From Negaprion brevirostris (taxonomy: Eukaryota), in NCBI GenBank assembly GCA_030324005.1, contig JARDVH010000097.1, positions 72,993,772 through 73,057,677 of the forward strand: 63,906 nt of DNA, written 5' to 3'. The translations under genes were made by a program, and so were the position numbers. The notes under the pieces are model-generated. The model saw nothing but the letters and a program-made list of their open reading frames with translations. It was not told where the DNA came from and ran no database searches. Shown here in pieces: positions 12,985 to 25,795 of the stretch (positions are counted from its first letter, which is position 1; every line of letters starts with the position of its first letter).

Positions 12985-13795
12985 TTAAACAAAGAAGATT
13001 TCAATAAATATGGCAAAAGCCATTGTGTAAAGTTAAAATATTGACATAGATTGCTGAAGCTTTCCTTGAAAGAGAGGATTTATGTGTAAGTAGCTTATAA
13101 CAATTAACAAAGGTAAATTTAAAACAGGTGGCAGAAATTGATTTAAAGTAGGCACAAAGTAGTCAGAAAATCGTCAGAACAGTTGGAGGAAAAAGGTAAT
13201 CCGGATAAAATGCAAATTGAGTTGGCTAGGATTCAGTTACGAATGCAAAAATGAACTCGAAAGAGATAGCGAAAGAAAGGGAAACAGAAAGCGAGACGTG
13301 AAGACTTGAATTAGAATTTCAAACATTAAGAGAAAGGTAAAGTCTTAAATTACAAAGTGAGGGGGAAGCCAGGAAATTTGAGCTGGATAGGGAACGGCTT
13401 TGGTTATGTGAACAAAAAGAGTAGCAGGCAGACTTAACAATGGATCAGATTTAACTTCTAGTTCTGGTTTGGCAAGGAATATTCTCCCAGTGCCTAAGCT
13501 CAGTGCGGAAGGAGTTGAAATGTATTATGTCTCATTTGAGAAAATTACTACAAAGTTACAAATGGCCAAAATGAACTTTGATTTTATTATGTTGTTTTGG
13601 CAGGAAAAGCATTTGGCTCTTTTCGATGGTGTTGTGAGACTTCTTACCATCGATTAAACGCCATTTCTTTTCCTCCAGCAAATTCCACAAATATTTGCTT
13701 CTGTCTCTTCCCTCAATTTCTAAAACTTGGCCTTTGGATACTGGGACTAACTCAGACGCATTAAGATTGTATAATATTATACAGTAATTGGCAGA
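12985..13795. mobile_element. Gypsy/Gmr1-type LTR retrotransposon gag remnant, partly inverted
   Basis: Plus strand: E/R/K-rich stretch then ILPVPKLSAEGVEMYYVSFEKI. Minus strand 13790-13640: ANY..LNASELVP and FRN*GKRQKQIFVEFAGGKEMAFNRW, matching the recalled AYELVPEAYRQKFR...FDRW gag motif. Confidence 0.7.
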
Positions 13796-13990
13796 ACCCT
13801 TAAGAGTATTGCTATGCAAAGGGATCTGGGTGCGCAAGCACACAGGTCAGTAAAAGTGGCAATGCAGGTGGAGAAGGTAGTCAAGAAGACATACGGCATG
13901 CTTGCTTTTATCTGCCAGGACATTGAGTTTAAAAATTGGCAAGTCATGTTGCAGCTTTATAGAACCTTAGTTAGGCCACACTTGGAATAT
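13796..13990 (+). mobile_element. CR1 RT fragment
   Basis: QRDLGAQAHRSVKVAMQVEKVVKKTYGMLAFI...LQLYRTLVRPHLEY. Confidence 0.9.
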
Positions 13991-14365
13991 TGGCCATGCT
14001 TAATTCACCTTCAGTGTACCCGAGTGTGGTGCTGGAGTGTGGGGATTTTCCCAGTAACTTCATTGCAGTGTAAATGTCATGCATTGCATTGCTATTTGTG
14101 GGATATTACTGTCCATATAATGGGGCTGAGCAGGCTGGGAAGGCCACAGTCAACACCAGGCATAGCAATAGTGTCACATGGCTCCTGTCTCGGTCAGCTA
14201 GAGTGTCGGACCAGACAGAATGAGGAAGCGATTAAAGGCCGNNNNNNNNNNNNNNNNNNNNNNNNNNNNNNNNNNNNNNNNNNNNNNNNNNNNNNNNNNN
14301 NNNNNNNNNNNNNNNNNNNNNNNNNNNNNNNNNNNNNNNNNAGTGCAAGAGGGAGAGGGTTTTTT

Positions 14366-14643
14366 AAAGTTTAAATATTAGTTTCACAAGTAGGCTTACA
14401 TTCACAGTGAAGTTACTGTGAAAATCCTCTAGTCACCACACACCGGCACTACACTCGGGTATACTGACGGAGAATTTAGCATGGCCAATGCACCTAACCA
14501 GCACATCATTTGGACTGTGGGAGGAAACTGGAGCACTCGGAGGAAACTCACGCTGACATGGGGAGAACATACAGACCCGAGCCGAGAATTGAACCCAGAT
14601 CCCTGCTGCTGTGAGGCAGCAGTGCTAATCACTGTGCCATCAA
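14366..14643 (-). mobile_element. V-SINE, tail type A
   Basis: Reverse complement of head, V-domain and tail (cacaagtaggcttaca...ggactgtgggaggaaac...gtgaggcagcagtgctaa). Confidence 0.85.
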
Positions 14644-14649
14644 ACCACT

Positions 14650-14990
14650 GAATGAATGTGTGTAGGGGTGAATAAGCTAGTATGTTGGGAGTAATTGACT
14701 GATTAAGTGTGTGGAGCGGAGCATGAGAGAAGAGTGTGCATGGGGATGAGCACAAGACACTGAGTGAGCATGTGAGGTAAATGTACCAGACTGAAAAGAG
14801 TGTGTGGGTGAGTGTTAGGGAATGAGTGTGTGGGGCTGAGGGTGTGCAGAGGTGAGTGTATGGGGGTGAGTGAATGAGACTGAAGGGGCTTAAGTGCGAG
14901 TGCAGGTGAGTTTGAGTCTGCCTTATATCCAATCTCAGGTTTCTCATTCACTCTCATCACCACACACATGCACCCATTCCCACCCACACA
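14650..14990. repeat. GT/GAGT-rich low-complexity tract
   Basis: Repeated gagtgtgtg/tgagtgag units. Confidence 0.6.
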
Positions 14991-15140
14991 TGCTAACTCT
15001 CTCCAACTCTGATTTTTATTACTTACTCTTTTTAACTTAGTTTATTGAGAAGATATTGCTGTACTTTTGCTTTACAATTGTTTCGTTCCTTAAAACTCCA
15101 ACATTTATTTTGAAATTCAGTTTTTTGTTGTGCTAAGCCT

Positions 15141-15890
15141 TGGGGGTGATTCTCACAAAAAAATTCTAAGTGTCGGATTTACGTAAAAACTGGAGTAAAT
15201 CACTCTGGTTTTTCAGAGGGCATTTCAAAGTGAATCTCCACACTCTGTGCACTGCAGAGTGCACTCATGTGAATCAGTCCAAAAGCTGGGGGTGGGGCCT
15301 ATTCTTTTCTGAGAGGCCGGCAGCATAGCACTGAGTGGGCCACTGCGCATGGGCCGATCTGTCAGTCCCAAGATCAGCTCATGCGCAGTGACCCCTGTCT
15401 GTCAGCCTCGCGATTGTCGGCCAGACCCACATCTTCAGCCGTGCGACCCCACCCGCCCCGCCCGCCAAACTTCCCTTCCATGACATTGCCTTCGCTTGGT
15501 GGGCAGTGCCAAGGTATCCCCTGGGCATTGGCATTTTGCTCCTTGGTCAGTGCCAAGGGCTTGGGATGACACTGCCAAGGTGGCAATGTCCAGGGGAACC
15601 ACTCCCCCGCCCCATGCCCAATCCTCTGGGGGGGGGGGGGAAGAGAGGGTCTCAATTGCTCCCTTTACTCCAGTGGGGTCAGGCTGCCAGCTCTCCACAA
15701 GTGAGGAGTTTCAGTCCTGGGCCCTCTGAGGGCCTGCATATGTTATGAGCTCTGTGTTGATTTCCGGCATGGAGCTGACTGCGCTGGAAATCCGGCTGCT
15801 GGAGATGCACATAGACCATGGTGCCCAGTAGGGAGACTGCCAGTCACCCGGCCTGCTGCATTACAGTGGGCTGGGAGAACTGTCCCCCTT
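15141..15890 (+). mobile_element. Complete ~750-bp GC-rich TIR element with internal hairpin
   Basis: Ends gggggtgattctc ... gagaactgtccccc; internal palindrome at 15341-15390. Confidence 0.75.
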
Positions 15891-15894
15891 ATCT

Positions 15895-16260
15895 TTCCGA
15901 AATTCGCTCATTAGACCCTCAAATGAGAAAAACAAGCAAAGTTTGGACAAGTCTGTTCTAAACTATCCCACAAACACAGAGGGCAGAAAGCCTTAGTTTG
16001 GAAACCCACAGAGAAGCTGGAGAGATAATCAAGTTGATAACGAACAGAATAATAATTATCACAATGGGGACAGCAAAACTGAAAAGACAGATGTTTCTCA
16101 GGGTCACAAATGTAAAAGAGACAGTGTAGGTGACGTAAATGATTCAAGGAGACTAATATGTTGCTTTTGCCATAAGATGGGCCTGCGAAAGTCAATTGTT
16201 AGAAGTTAAAAGCTAGCTATCATAAGCTTGTCTGCTGTTTCTCCAGAAAATACAGAACCA
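15895..16260 (+). mobile_element. Gypsy gag C-terminal remnant with decayed zinc knuckle
   Basis: tgttgcttttgccataagatgggcctg reads CCFCHKMGL (CxxC..G-like); likely continuation of the 12985 gag. Confidence 0.5.
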
Positions 16261-16479
16261 ATGAGTGAAGCTTGCGACAAACCAAAACCTAAAGAGCGAA
16301 AAACTCCAACTTCTGAAATTGAAGTCATCCTGAAGTCTCAGATTTGCCAGTGAAGATTTAAAATCAACCAGTATCAAGATGAACCTGCTTGCAAACTCTC
16401 AGCCACAGGCACTGAAACGGAATCCTTCAGCAAAATTTTGGGTTAATTGATTCAGAACCCTGATAGTGGAAGACCTGCT

Positions 16480-17040
16480 GCCAAGAGCTTCCAGCCAGAG
16501 ACCAGCAGTTCTCTTTTGCCACCAACGCCATGGACAGCAGTGGCAGCGGGTGGCAATGCAAACACCAGAGGTCCAATTTTGCTGAGAGAGCTCGCTCCAG
16601 GCCAAAGATGAGTGAGGGCTGGGTGAGGGATCACATGTGCGGGATGTGGGTGAAGGGTAAGTGAGTGGTCATCATTACCACCTGCACCCCCCACTTCATC
16701 CGATGCTGAGTCCCTCAATTGGGCACTGAGTCCCTGATCATGAGGGAATCCCTCTCTAGGTGGTCACTGCACACCAGCCCACTGGGCAGCAGCTGGGAGG
16801 GACAGGAAAACCACATGGCTCCCACTTATTCCCTGAGCCACCACTGAATTGCAATGGATTCAGGGATAAGGAGTCTCGCTGACAACCCACTGGGATCGGC
16901 TGGAAATCCCACATCAGCACCTGCCATTCCTTGAGGGGCAGGTTTTGCCACTGCTGGGAGACTGATCAGAGTCCTCTCCTGTAATTAAATGGGCCCAGCT
17001 GCCATTGTTCCGACTGCAACAGGCTGGATTAAATTCTGTC
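16480..17040. mobile_element. GC-rich MITE-like remnant
   Basis: GC-rich block ending ggattaaattctgtcc; shares taattaaatgggcc-like motifs with 2440-2803 and 4770-5380. Confidence 0.4.
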
Positions 17041-17041
17041 C

Positions 17042-17320
17042 GTTGAACCTATCCCTTTGTTTCAGGTGGGTGTTAAATATCCAATGACACCACTTCAAGA
17101 CAAGCAGGAAGTTCTGTCAGAGTCCTCAACAACATTCCTTCTTCAACCAACACAATCAAATAGAGATCAAGTGGTCACGCATTGCATTGCTATTTGTGGG
17201 ATATTGCTGTCCGTATAATGATTGCTACGTCTGCCAACACACTAATAGTGACATCAAATGATTTGTTGCATGTGAAACGCTTGCCCCAAGACACACAATG
17301 AAGTGCTATATAAATACATG
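17042..17320 (+). mobile_element. Deu-domain SINE (SacSINE1-like), 3' part
   Basis: caggtgggtgttaaatatccaatgacacc...ttgctatttgtgggat...gtgaaacgcttg...gtgctatataaatacatg. Confidence 0.7.
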
Positions 17321-17989
17321 ACAGAAAACATCTCTATTCAGGAAGTTAAACATGAATAAGTAAACCTTTGTCGTGCTTCTCACAACTACTATGTAACAAA
17401 ACTTTCAGCTATTAATGAGACTTCAAAGACATCACATTGACTCCTTAACTCAGGATAAAAAAAAAGGTTCCTTGAAACAGATAGGTGACTGATTAATGGG
17501 CCAATTAAGAAAAACCTAATTTTCTTTACACTGCACAGATTAATGAGTAGCATTCTTAACAGGGAAAGAAATGTGTNNNNNNNNNNNNNNNNNNNNNNNN
17601 NNNNNNNNNNNNNNNNNNNNNNNNNNNNNNNNNNNNNNNNNNNNNNNNNNNNNNNNNNNNNNNNNNNNNNNNNNNNAATGTGTAAACTTGAACTCTCTCA
17701 ATTTTACACAGTAAAGGAATTCTAAATACTAAAAACAAAACCTAAAACACAAGAAGTTAGAAGAATTTTGGTTTACCAGAGTATAAAATTTTACCAACAC
17801 TGCTTTTCAGAAGCCTTTTAGATAAATATCATCAATAGAAACTGAACAGAACTGTATCTTCTGTATGGGTCCCCGAAACAGGCCTCAGAACTCACTATAC
17901 AAGAATGTGAGCTTAGTATCCTGACTTTGGTGAGATGAAGTTATGTTTGTGGAGTGCACTGGTGGAAAACTGGTTTATACCAGTTATAC

Positions 17990-18192
17990 CAGTGTAAATG
18001 TGAGGTTATCCATTTTGGTAGAAATAATAATAGGAGGGATTATTATTTAAAGGGTGAAAAGCTGCAGCATGCTATTATGCAGAGGGACCTGGGGGTCCTT
18101 GTGCACGAATCGCAAAAACTCAATCTGCAGGTGAAGCAGGTGATCTCGAAGGCGAATAGAATGTTGGCCTTTATAGCGAGGGGGATAGAATA
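17990..18192 (+). mobile_element. CR1 RT fragment running into a gap
   Basis: KCEVIHFGRNN...QRDLGVLVHESQK...KANRMLAFIARGIE. Confidence 0.9.
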
Positions 18193-19984
18193 NNNNNNNN
18201 NNNNNNNNNNNNNNNNNNNNNNNNNNNNNNNNNNNNNNNNNNNNNNNNNNNNNNNNNNNNNNNNNNNNNNNNNNNNNNNNNNNNNNNNNNNNNNNTGTCT
18301 GTTCAATTCATTCAAAGTATGTTGACCAGTGGTTTTCTGGCCATGCTCTTTCAACCAGGTTCACTCACTGGTGAGGCAAAGTTGCACCCTGTCCCAATCC
18401 GACCTTGAAAGGCCTCCAAAGCTAATTCTGTGACAGACCTGAAGTCCCACGTAAATCTGCCACTAAGTGCATGGAAATTAATTTAAGAGGGAACACAAGG
18501 AACCAGCCAGAATTCAGTTTAAGGAGATTAATTTAAAATGTCTTAACTACAAAGTGCAAGCAATAGAGGAGATATAAATTACAAGCTGTAGTTAATGGAA
18601 ACAACTGAACTATTTCAAGTTTTTTTTCCTGGACATCATGCATCTGGCTAGAGTAGCTGTTAGCACCCAATGCTGCTGAGGGACAGCAAACTCTGGACAG
18701 AACATCCAGCATGAACACTTCATGATAATCTCAGATATTGTCTGCTTTATAACTCAGCCATATATAAATTTAATAGCTATAACTTGTTTCTTTCACAAAA
18801 TTACCTCAGTTTAAATGGCACCTCTATACTTCCTCCCATGACATATAAACAGGGCAAGAAAAATATCTTGCATTATCAAAATTATGATCTGACATTTTTA
18901 AAGGGTGCCTTTATAATTGCTTTTCCCTCAAGTTCTAATTTAATAGAAACAAAGCATGCTTCATGTTTAAACTGCCCATTACAGTCTCTTATGACTATAG
19001 TTTTTTTGCGGTAGGGCGATCCCCACGTCTCTTGTTAAGAAGCAACTGGTTCAGTCAAACATTAAGTTCTGATGATAATACTTGAGACTTCATACCATGA
19101 AAGGTGATAACTTTTGTATTGCCTTCATCAATTATGAGGAAGACTAGGAGATTAATTGGATTCACCTCAAGCTTTATAATTTGAAAGGTTACCATTACAC
19201 TCCTATTTCGTCAATGTGGTGCTTCTTTCAATAACCAAATGTTTAATATTGTTCACAGTAGGATATGGATGCTGTCCATACTAGGACATAACATGATTCT
19301 ATTCATCAAATCTTGTAGTTCCAAGTAGCTGCAATCTATTGCTGTGTGTTCTACTGCACTCATTTAATCTCCTTTACAGAAGGCTCCGTATATGTATTTC
19401 CAGATCCAAAGGTAATAAAGTAGAACTCTAGAGTATTTGTCTAGCCTCCTGTTCAATATCCAACTGTGGCCAACTTTCCTCTCAGCTTCTCTTTATTAAT
19501 AACCACTCAAAAATAAACCAACGCATAATCTTGAAATGCATTCAAGCTTTACTTCATTCATGAACTATTGCTTATTTCCTCTAAAACATGAAATTAGAAA
19601 AACTTGCCATTTAGTGATTTTAAATATTTATACACTTCCTTTAACATAAAGAAACATTGAAACTTTCATAATTGGGGATAGGATGTGGACGAGAGGCAGC
19701 TGAAGGATTTGTCAGAGATTTAGGTTTTTAACACTCCTGTGAAGATGGGGAACATTTAGGCACAACAACAGATGATTTTAAGAATGGAGCTCCAAAGTGT
19801 GAAGGAAGGTGGTTGATGACCCTGCTAGGTATGTCTAAATGGAAAGGACAAATACATGACAGACCAAAGTTAGGAATATAGAGAAGATAGCTCACCAGCA
19901 CCTTCTTAAGGGCAATTAAGGATGGGAAACAAATGCTGGCCTTGCAACAAAGCTCACATTCCATTGAAGAATAAACATCGACAG

Positions 19985-20410
19985 GTTGCAAAGTTAGGAA
20001 GAAGTGCGGAAGGATTTGAAGATGAGAACAGGAATTTCATGTTTTCGTGTTTGGGAGCCAATCAGCAAAAAATAGATCAGATGAGCTAGGTTTTGTGCAG
20101 AATGGAATGCGCACAGTGGACCTCTGGGTCAATGAAAGTGAAATAAGGTGGAGCTTGGGAGCCCCAATAGGAAGGTGCTGAAAATGTCAATTCAGAATGA
20201 GTGAAGATTTCGGTGGCAGTGCAGGTGAGGTAGAGAAAAGAGATGGACAATATGGCTGAGGTACAAGTAGATACTATTGGTGATGAACTGGTTGTAGGAT
20301 TTGAAGCTCTTAGTAGAGCTTAAATGAGTACCCAAGTTGGAGGCAGGATGAGGAAAGAGTTAGGTTAACTAGCGGTTTCAGTCATGGTAATTTTCAATTA
20401 GAAATAGCTG
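19985..20410 (-). mobile_element. Old L2-like LINE remnant
   Basis: Purine-rich plus strand with ggatttgaagatgagaac and ttgtaggatttgaagctc, typical of reversed L2 ORF2. Confidence 0.4.
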
Positions 20411-22988
20411 GTTGCAGTTAGGAAGTGAGAATACAGTGAGAACCGTAACCGCAAGTCGTAATTCAATCCCTTTACTTCCACAGACCACTGACCATTTGCT
20501 CAGTTTATTTTCTCTAACAGAAGGTGAGCCTTCCAGTTCCATTTGCAACTGTAAGATTTCTCCCTGGCCTGTAAGATAGAAGTGCAACATGAAGTTTACT
20601 GTGAGGCAGCTTTTCATTCCTTTAAGTGGAACCCCTGATTTATATGTGTTCTTGAAATCTGGTCAAGTGATACTTTAATGGGAGAGAGGAGGAAAAGTTG
20701 GGGAAAAAAAGCTACCCCCAATCTCCCTTAGTAAGGTTGTCATAGACAGTTTCAGAGTGTCACTGGCAGTCTCTGGAAAATGAACCTGTCTTCTCAGAGA
20801 ATGCAAGGGAAAGAGCTTAATTAGGAATTAAATAATTTTCAAAAGGATCAAAATATTATGTAAATAAAACAAACCATATAAAAATGACAGTAACAGTTCA
20901 TTACATCACATACCAATTTCTGATATTTCCTACAGATGGTACGGACATATGGAATGGGCTGTTTGTTTTGATAAATATTTGTAGGACATCTCCTGCCACA
21001 TTAATTCAAAAATAGAAAAGAATCTCATCAGCTTTAATGTACACAATGAACATGTAGGGCATTTCAACAACCAGAGGAATAGCAATTCCAAAGACAACAG
21101 CTGACAGATGTATCTGTGTTGAAAGTATTGTTCATTTTTGTGTACCATTTAAATAAATTAAATCTCTACAGTACAAGGTAAGGACAAAAGGTATAATAGC
21201 TACCATTGTGAATCTGCACACTGGAACATGGCCCCTTTGTAAGTATCTGATCAGAACAGCCTATAGGCCGAGTGTTTTGGGTGGTCTCAGCTGCAGGCTG
21301 CACCCTAAAGCTCTGTAAGCAATCAGGTAATGACATGTCGTTTACATTTTCTCACCTTCAAACGTCCTGGATTACTACAGTCACAGTGGTTTTGTAAAGC
21401 TGCATATTAACACCAACATTTTATTAGCCATGAAAAAAATCCAACCAGGGCGCTGGATAGGTCTCTTCATTCACCATTAAATATAGAAACCATTTTTGTT
21501 CTATCTGCTCTGGGATTAAACATCTAAATAAAATATAAGCATCAAAATCGAGCCTCAAGACATTAAATAATTAACCACCATTAGTGGTTTTGCAACAAAT
21601 AGTACATTGAGTACTGCTCAGTCAGAACAATTCAGTTTCCGGCCTCTGGCAGGTTTACATGTGGTTATCCAAGTAGTTCGCGATAGGAACATAAAACTTT
21701 GTTCAAACACAAATGCTGGTGCCAGCAATGATTGAACAATATGAACTAAAATTGCATAGGCAAATCTTTAAACTGCTTTCACATTGATATTTGCTCCAAA
21801 GTTGGAATGAATATCTTTTTCCGCTCTTTTGGTTCTGAAATTCTTGACATTTGTTCAATTACATGAACTGACTTACCATAGACTAGTAATTAATTATCGA
21901 ACCTTTGATGTTTATTTGAACCAGGACCACGTAGCTGGAGTTTTGACTTAATACGCCATTAGGATGGCAACTTTTTTTTTAAGTTTGATTAACCCTTGTT
22001 GGTTGCCTTTGCCAGTTANNNNNNNNNNNNNNNNNNNNNNNNNNNNNNNNNNNNNNNNNNNNNNNNNNNNNNNNNNNNNNNNNNNNNNNNNNNNNNNNNN
22101 NNNNNNNNNNNNNNNNNNTAGCTGGAGTTTTGACTTAATACGACATTAGGATGGCAACTTTTTTTTAAGTTTGATTAAACCTTGTTGGTTGCCTTTGCCA
22201 GTTACTAATTATTTGTAATATTTCTCCTGGACCAAAGGGAAAAAAACAATTAACTATTCAAATAAATCCAGTGTGATTTCTGTAAACAATAAATTGTTCT
22301 CCACATCATCTTTTAAAAAGGTACATGCATTAACTGTTTTCTGATTTATTCAGCTAAACATACACAAATGGATTTATCATCACTCCTGCACAGTTGACAG
22401 AACATCACTCATGAGCAAGAGCCTATTTTTTCTATCAGTCAAATTGATTCACATCTGTAATGTCAAAACAGCATGGAATCTCTGGTATTTTGAAAGCTTT
22501 ACTACTAATACTTTTTGCTTTATTTGTGACAACCAGACGGAAAAAAATGGAAAAAAAACCTCTCAGAAATATTGGAATACGGAAACAAACAAGAGTAATG
22601 AGACATCAAAGCAACAATAAGGAAGTGCCTTGGATTCCCTCAAAATAGAAAAATCAGATGTTGAAATGATCAATTAACGGAATGCCCTGAATTCTGATCC
22701 AAAATAAATGTATAAAAAAAATCTATAAATCTTAGTAAATGGACAATGAAAGTCAAAGATTCTGGACTCTTCATGTTTGAATGTAAAGATGTCAACTGAT
22801 GCCCGAGGTCAAACCTACATTTTACACCTCAATTTCACTCTAGTACACTTGGATCCAAGCAGCAAACCCATTTGTAATTCCTCTTCAAAGGAACTTCTAA
22901 ATTCCCATCAAATTTTACAGAAGCACTAGACCCTATTCTAAATTCACTAATAGGTGGCTAGGACTGTGCGTATATTTTGGACCACATA

Positions 22989-23170
22989 TAGGGTGGGATT
23001 TTTTTTCCCCCTCCACAGCGTGTTTTGCAGCGGCAGCATTGTATGGTTCCACCTTTGTCACTGGAGTTTTGTGTTGAATGCATCCCTCACTGACGGGAAA
23101 CCTGAAACAGGGTGTACCGTTAGTTGGAGCGGAAGATTCTGCTGGTGTGAACGGGAGCAAGATTTTCTCA
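22989..23170. mobile_element. MITE-like element
   Basis: Starts gggtgggattttt; contains ggaagattctgc and aagattttctc ends. Confidence 0.45.
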
Positions 23171-24284
23171 GTAAAGTTTATCAGCAGTCAGGAACTGCAG
23201 AAATTACTAGTGACATGTTCAGCTGTTAACGTCCCGAGAGGTTATTAATTAGTGACCTGGCCGGAGAAGATGTTTTGTTCTGGTGGTGTGAAGTGGGTCT
23301 GCACGACAGTCGGGGCAAGTCTGAAAATAAGTTGGCCTTTGAATGAGTGCAGGTATTTGTGAGCTGCTTGGAATTGCACTCGAGGTTGGGGGTAGCGGTG
23401 GGAGCCGTGAAATGATACTGCAAAGAATTTAGCTGCATCTTGAGGATCTCAGAAAAGGGCTTTGAAGAGAGCTGAAGCGAAATGGTGAATCTTACGGCTG
23501 CATGTGATATGGGCTATAATTGAAAGCAACTCCAATTTGCAGCCATGCACTTTGCCTTTAAATACCTCACTTTGTGCGCGGCTTTAAAAAAATTAACTGT
23601 GGTTTCAGCTACTAAAAGTGTCAGTCAGTATTTCCATAAATGTCAATCGCAGAAGATCTTCAATTTAATATTTCAACAGCAAACCTACCACTGTTTCTTT
23701 TTCTCCTATTATTGCAGCTACAGTAGCACTACTGATCTATGACCTTTAGACAACAAATTAAGCCAGACACATTTTCTTTTGCCTTGTCAGTTGAACTAAC
23801 TGCTTGACATTTATGGATTCTTGGTTGTAAAATGTGAGCTCCATGTACATCAGTCATGTGCAACAACATCTGCCTCCTTTGCTTTTGTCATGCAAGGTCA
23901 GGCCATGCTGATTATTATACAGGAAAGCATCTAATTCCAGGTCACTGTTTTAAGGCTCTGGATTTCTTGCTAAGTATCAGTGCTGCCTTTAAAAAAGTAA
24001 GCTACTGGCGTTTTTGATTAGCATTTTGGTCACGGATGAATAGTGATTTTACAATCCAGGTTTACAAGCAACCTTTTCTGAGATAAATCAGCAGTTGTCC
24101 AACTTTATTTGCTTAGTGCAGAATAGACTAGTTAATTTACAACTGTGATTATTGAAAAGTCATTAAGGCACTTCCAAGAAAACAAATAGTTTACTTTCCT
24201 GGCTTTTAATTTCAATTTCCTCTTTTCAGAAACCCAATCACCTTCCCCTTCCTAATATTAGAATGCCACACCTATACAGCAATG

Positions 24285-24800
24285 GAACAGCTGGCAATAT
24301 TATGAGCAGCTCTGGATACCACAGTTTAGGAAGGCCTTGGAAGGAAGGAGTGCAGCATAGATTTCCCAGAATGATGCCTGGACTGCAAGGGCAATCTAGG
24401 GTTGGAATTTAAAAGCATGGAATTCGTAAAGGGTTATTTGGTCAAAAATTTCAAGATCTTAAGGGGAACAGATTGAAGGAAACTATTACTGCTAGCTGAG
24501 GAATCTACAGGAAGGAGGTAAGGACTAAACATTAGAACCAGATTTTTCAGGGGTGAAATTAAGAACCAGTTCCTTATACAAATGGTATGAGGATATGGGA
24601 AACGGTATTGGAAACTTTCTTCCACAAAAGGCAATTCATGCAAGATCACTGTTATATTTAAATCTAAGATTGATAGATTTTGTTAACCAAACATATTAAG
24701 ACGAAACACTTGGAGTTAGGCCATAGATCAGCAATGATTTTACTGAATAACAGGAACAGGCTTGCAATGTGGAGTGATCTACTTCTGTTCCAATATTCCT
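24285..24800 (+). mobile_element. Degraded CR1 3' portion
   Basis: cagctggcaatattatgagcagctctgg...ttggaaactttct...agatcagcaatgattttactgaat tail. Confidence 0.7.
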
Positions 24801-25167
24801 AGAACTGTAAACATTACAGATCAGTGACCAGTGAGAATCAGTGCAGCACTACAGTATTTTCCCCATTAAGGTCCTCGTTGCTTTCTTTAAAAGTACAACT
24901 TTAAGGAAGCAAAGTTAAGTGAATCAGATTTACCCATTAGAATAAATGGAATTAGGTTCCACAGTGAGTTTCTTCAATACACATGAAAATGCAGAAACTT
25001 ACATTNNNNNNNNNNGAAGACTTGAGGACAAGTAAACTCACCAAAAACACTTGAATAAAACTTTTGGGTTGGTTTGGGTTGCACAGAAAAGGTATTTCCT
25101 ACTTCATGCTTCTAAATTTCACTTAACGATTCTTAATATTATAAAACAAAAAAATTGTATATCTAAA

Positions 25168-25325
25168 TAAATGCAAAATACTGCTATGCTGGACATACGA
25201 AAAAGAAACAAAGTGCTGGAAAAATTCAGCAGGTCTGGCAGCATTTGTGAAGACAGAAACAGTTTCTCTCTCCAAAGATGCTGCCAGACCTGTGAAGTTC
25301 TTGCTGCAGTTTCTGTTTTTAATAT
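25168..25325. mobile_element. Palindromic Penelope-derived end
   Basis: ggtctggcagcatttgtgaaga versus tctccaaagatgctgccagacc; homologous to 40200-40310. Confidence 0.65.
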
Positions 25326-25504
25326 CTGTATATTTGCGTTACCCAGCTATCGCCTTGTCACACTTTATGATCTGAAGATGTTAACATTGGAAGTAGTTGT
25401 AGAGCGTAATAGTAACATAGTTCTTGCTTCCAGGACCATGTTTTTGTTGCTCACATTTATGGCAACTTGTGCTGTGCACTCAGAAGCCAATCTGGTTGTG
25501 TAAC

Positions 25505-25795
25505 ATCACAAGAGGGGCGGATGAGGAGATGATGGTTCCAATCTGTTCTCTCCTATGTCCTCAACCATAACATTGTGAATCAGTAACTTGCACTTTAGAT
25601 GAATCCACAGACCACATGGTGGACTCTGCAAGTCTCCCTGGAAATGTTGACATTTGTAAACGGGCACATAGACTAAGAGAACTCTAGCTGAATTGATGTT
25701 TATTGTCAGAGGTCCTGAGGTCAATTGTATGATTCCTGTAGCAATGCCTTCCAAGATCAGCTAATTTAGCACAAATCATTAACTGAATTTAGGCT
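25505..25795 (-). mobile_element. Ancient SINE-like repeat (related copies about 6440-6620 and 53790-54100)
   Basis: Minus strand tgtgctaaattagctgatct...acaattgacctcag; family assignment from memory only. Confidence 0.4.

Noticed and set aside
21932-22205. ~87-bp direct repeat across a 100-N gap
   Set aside because: Differs at about 2 sites; most likely unmerged haplotypes or contig ends.
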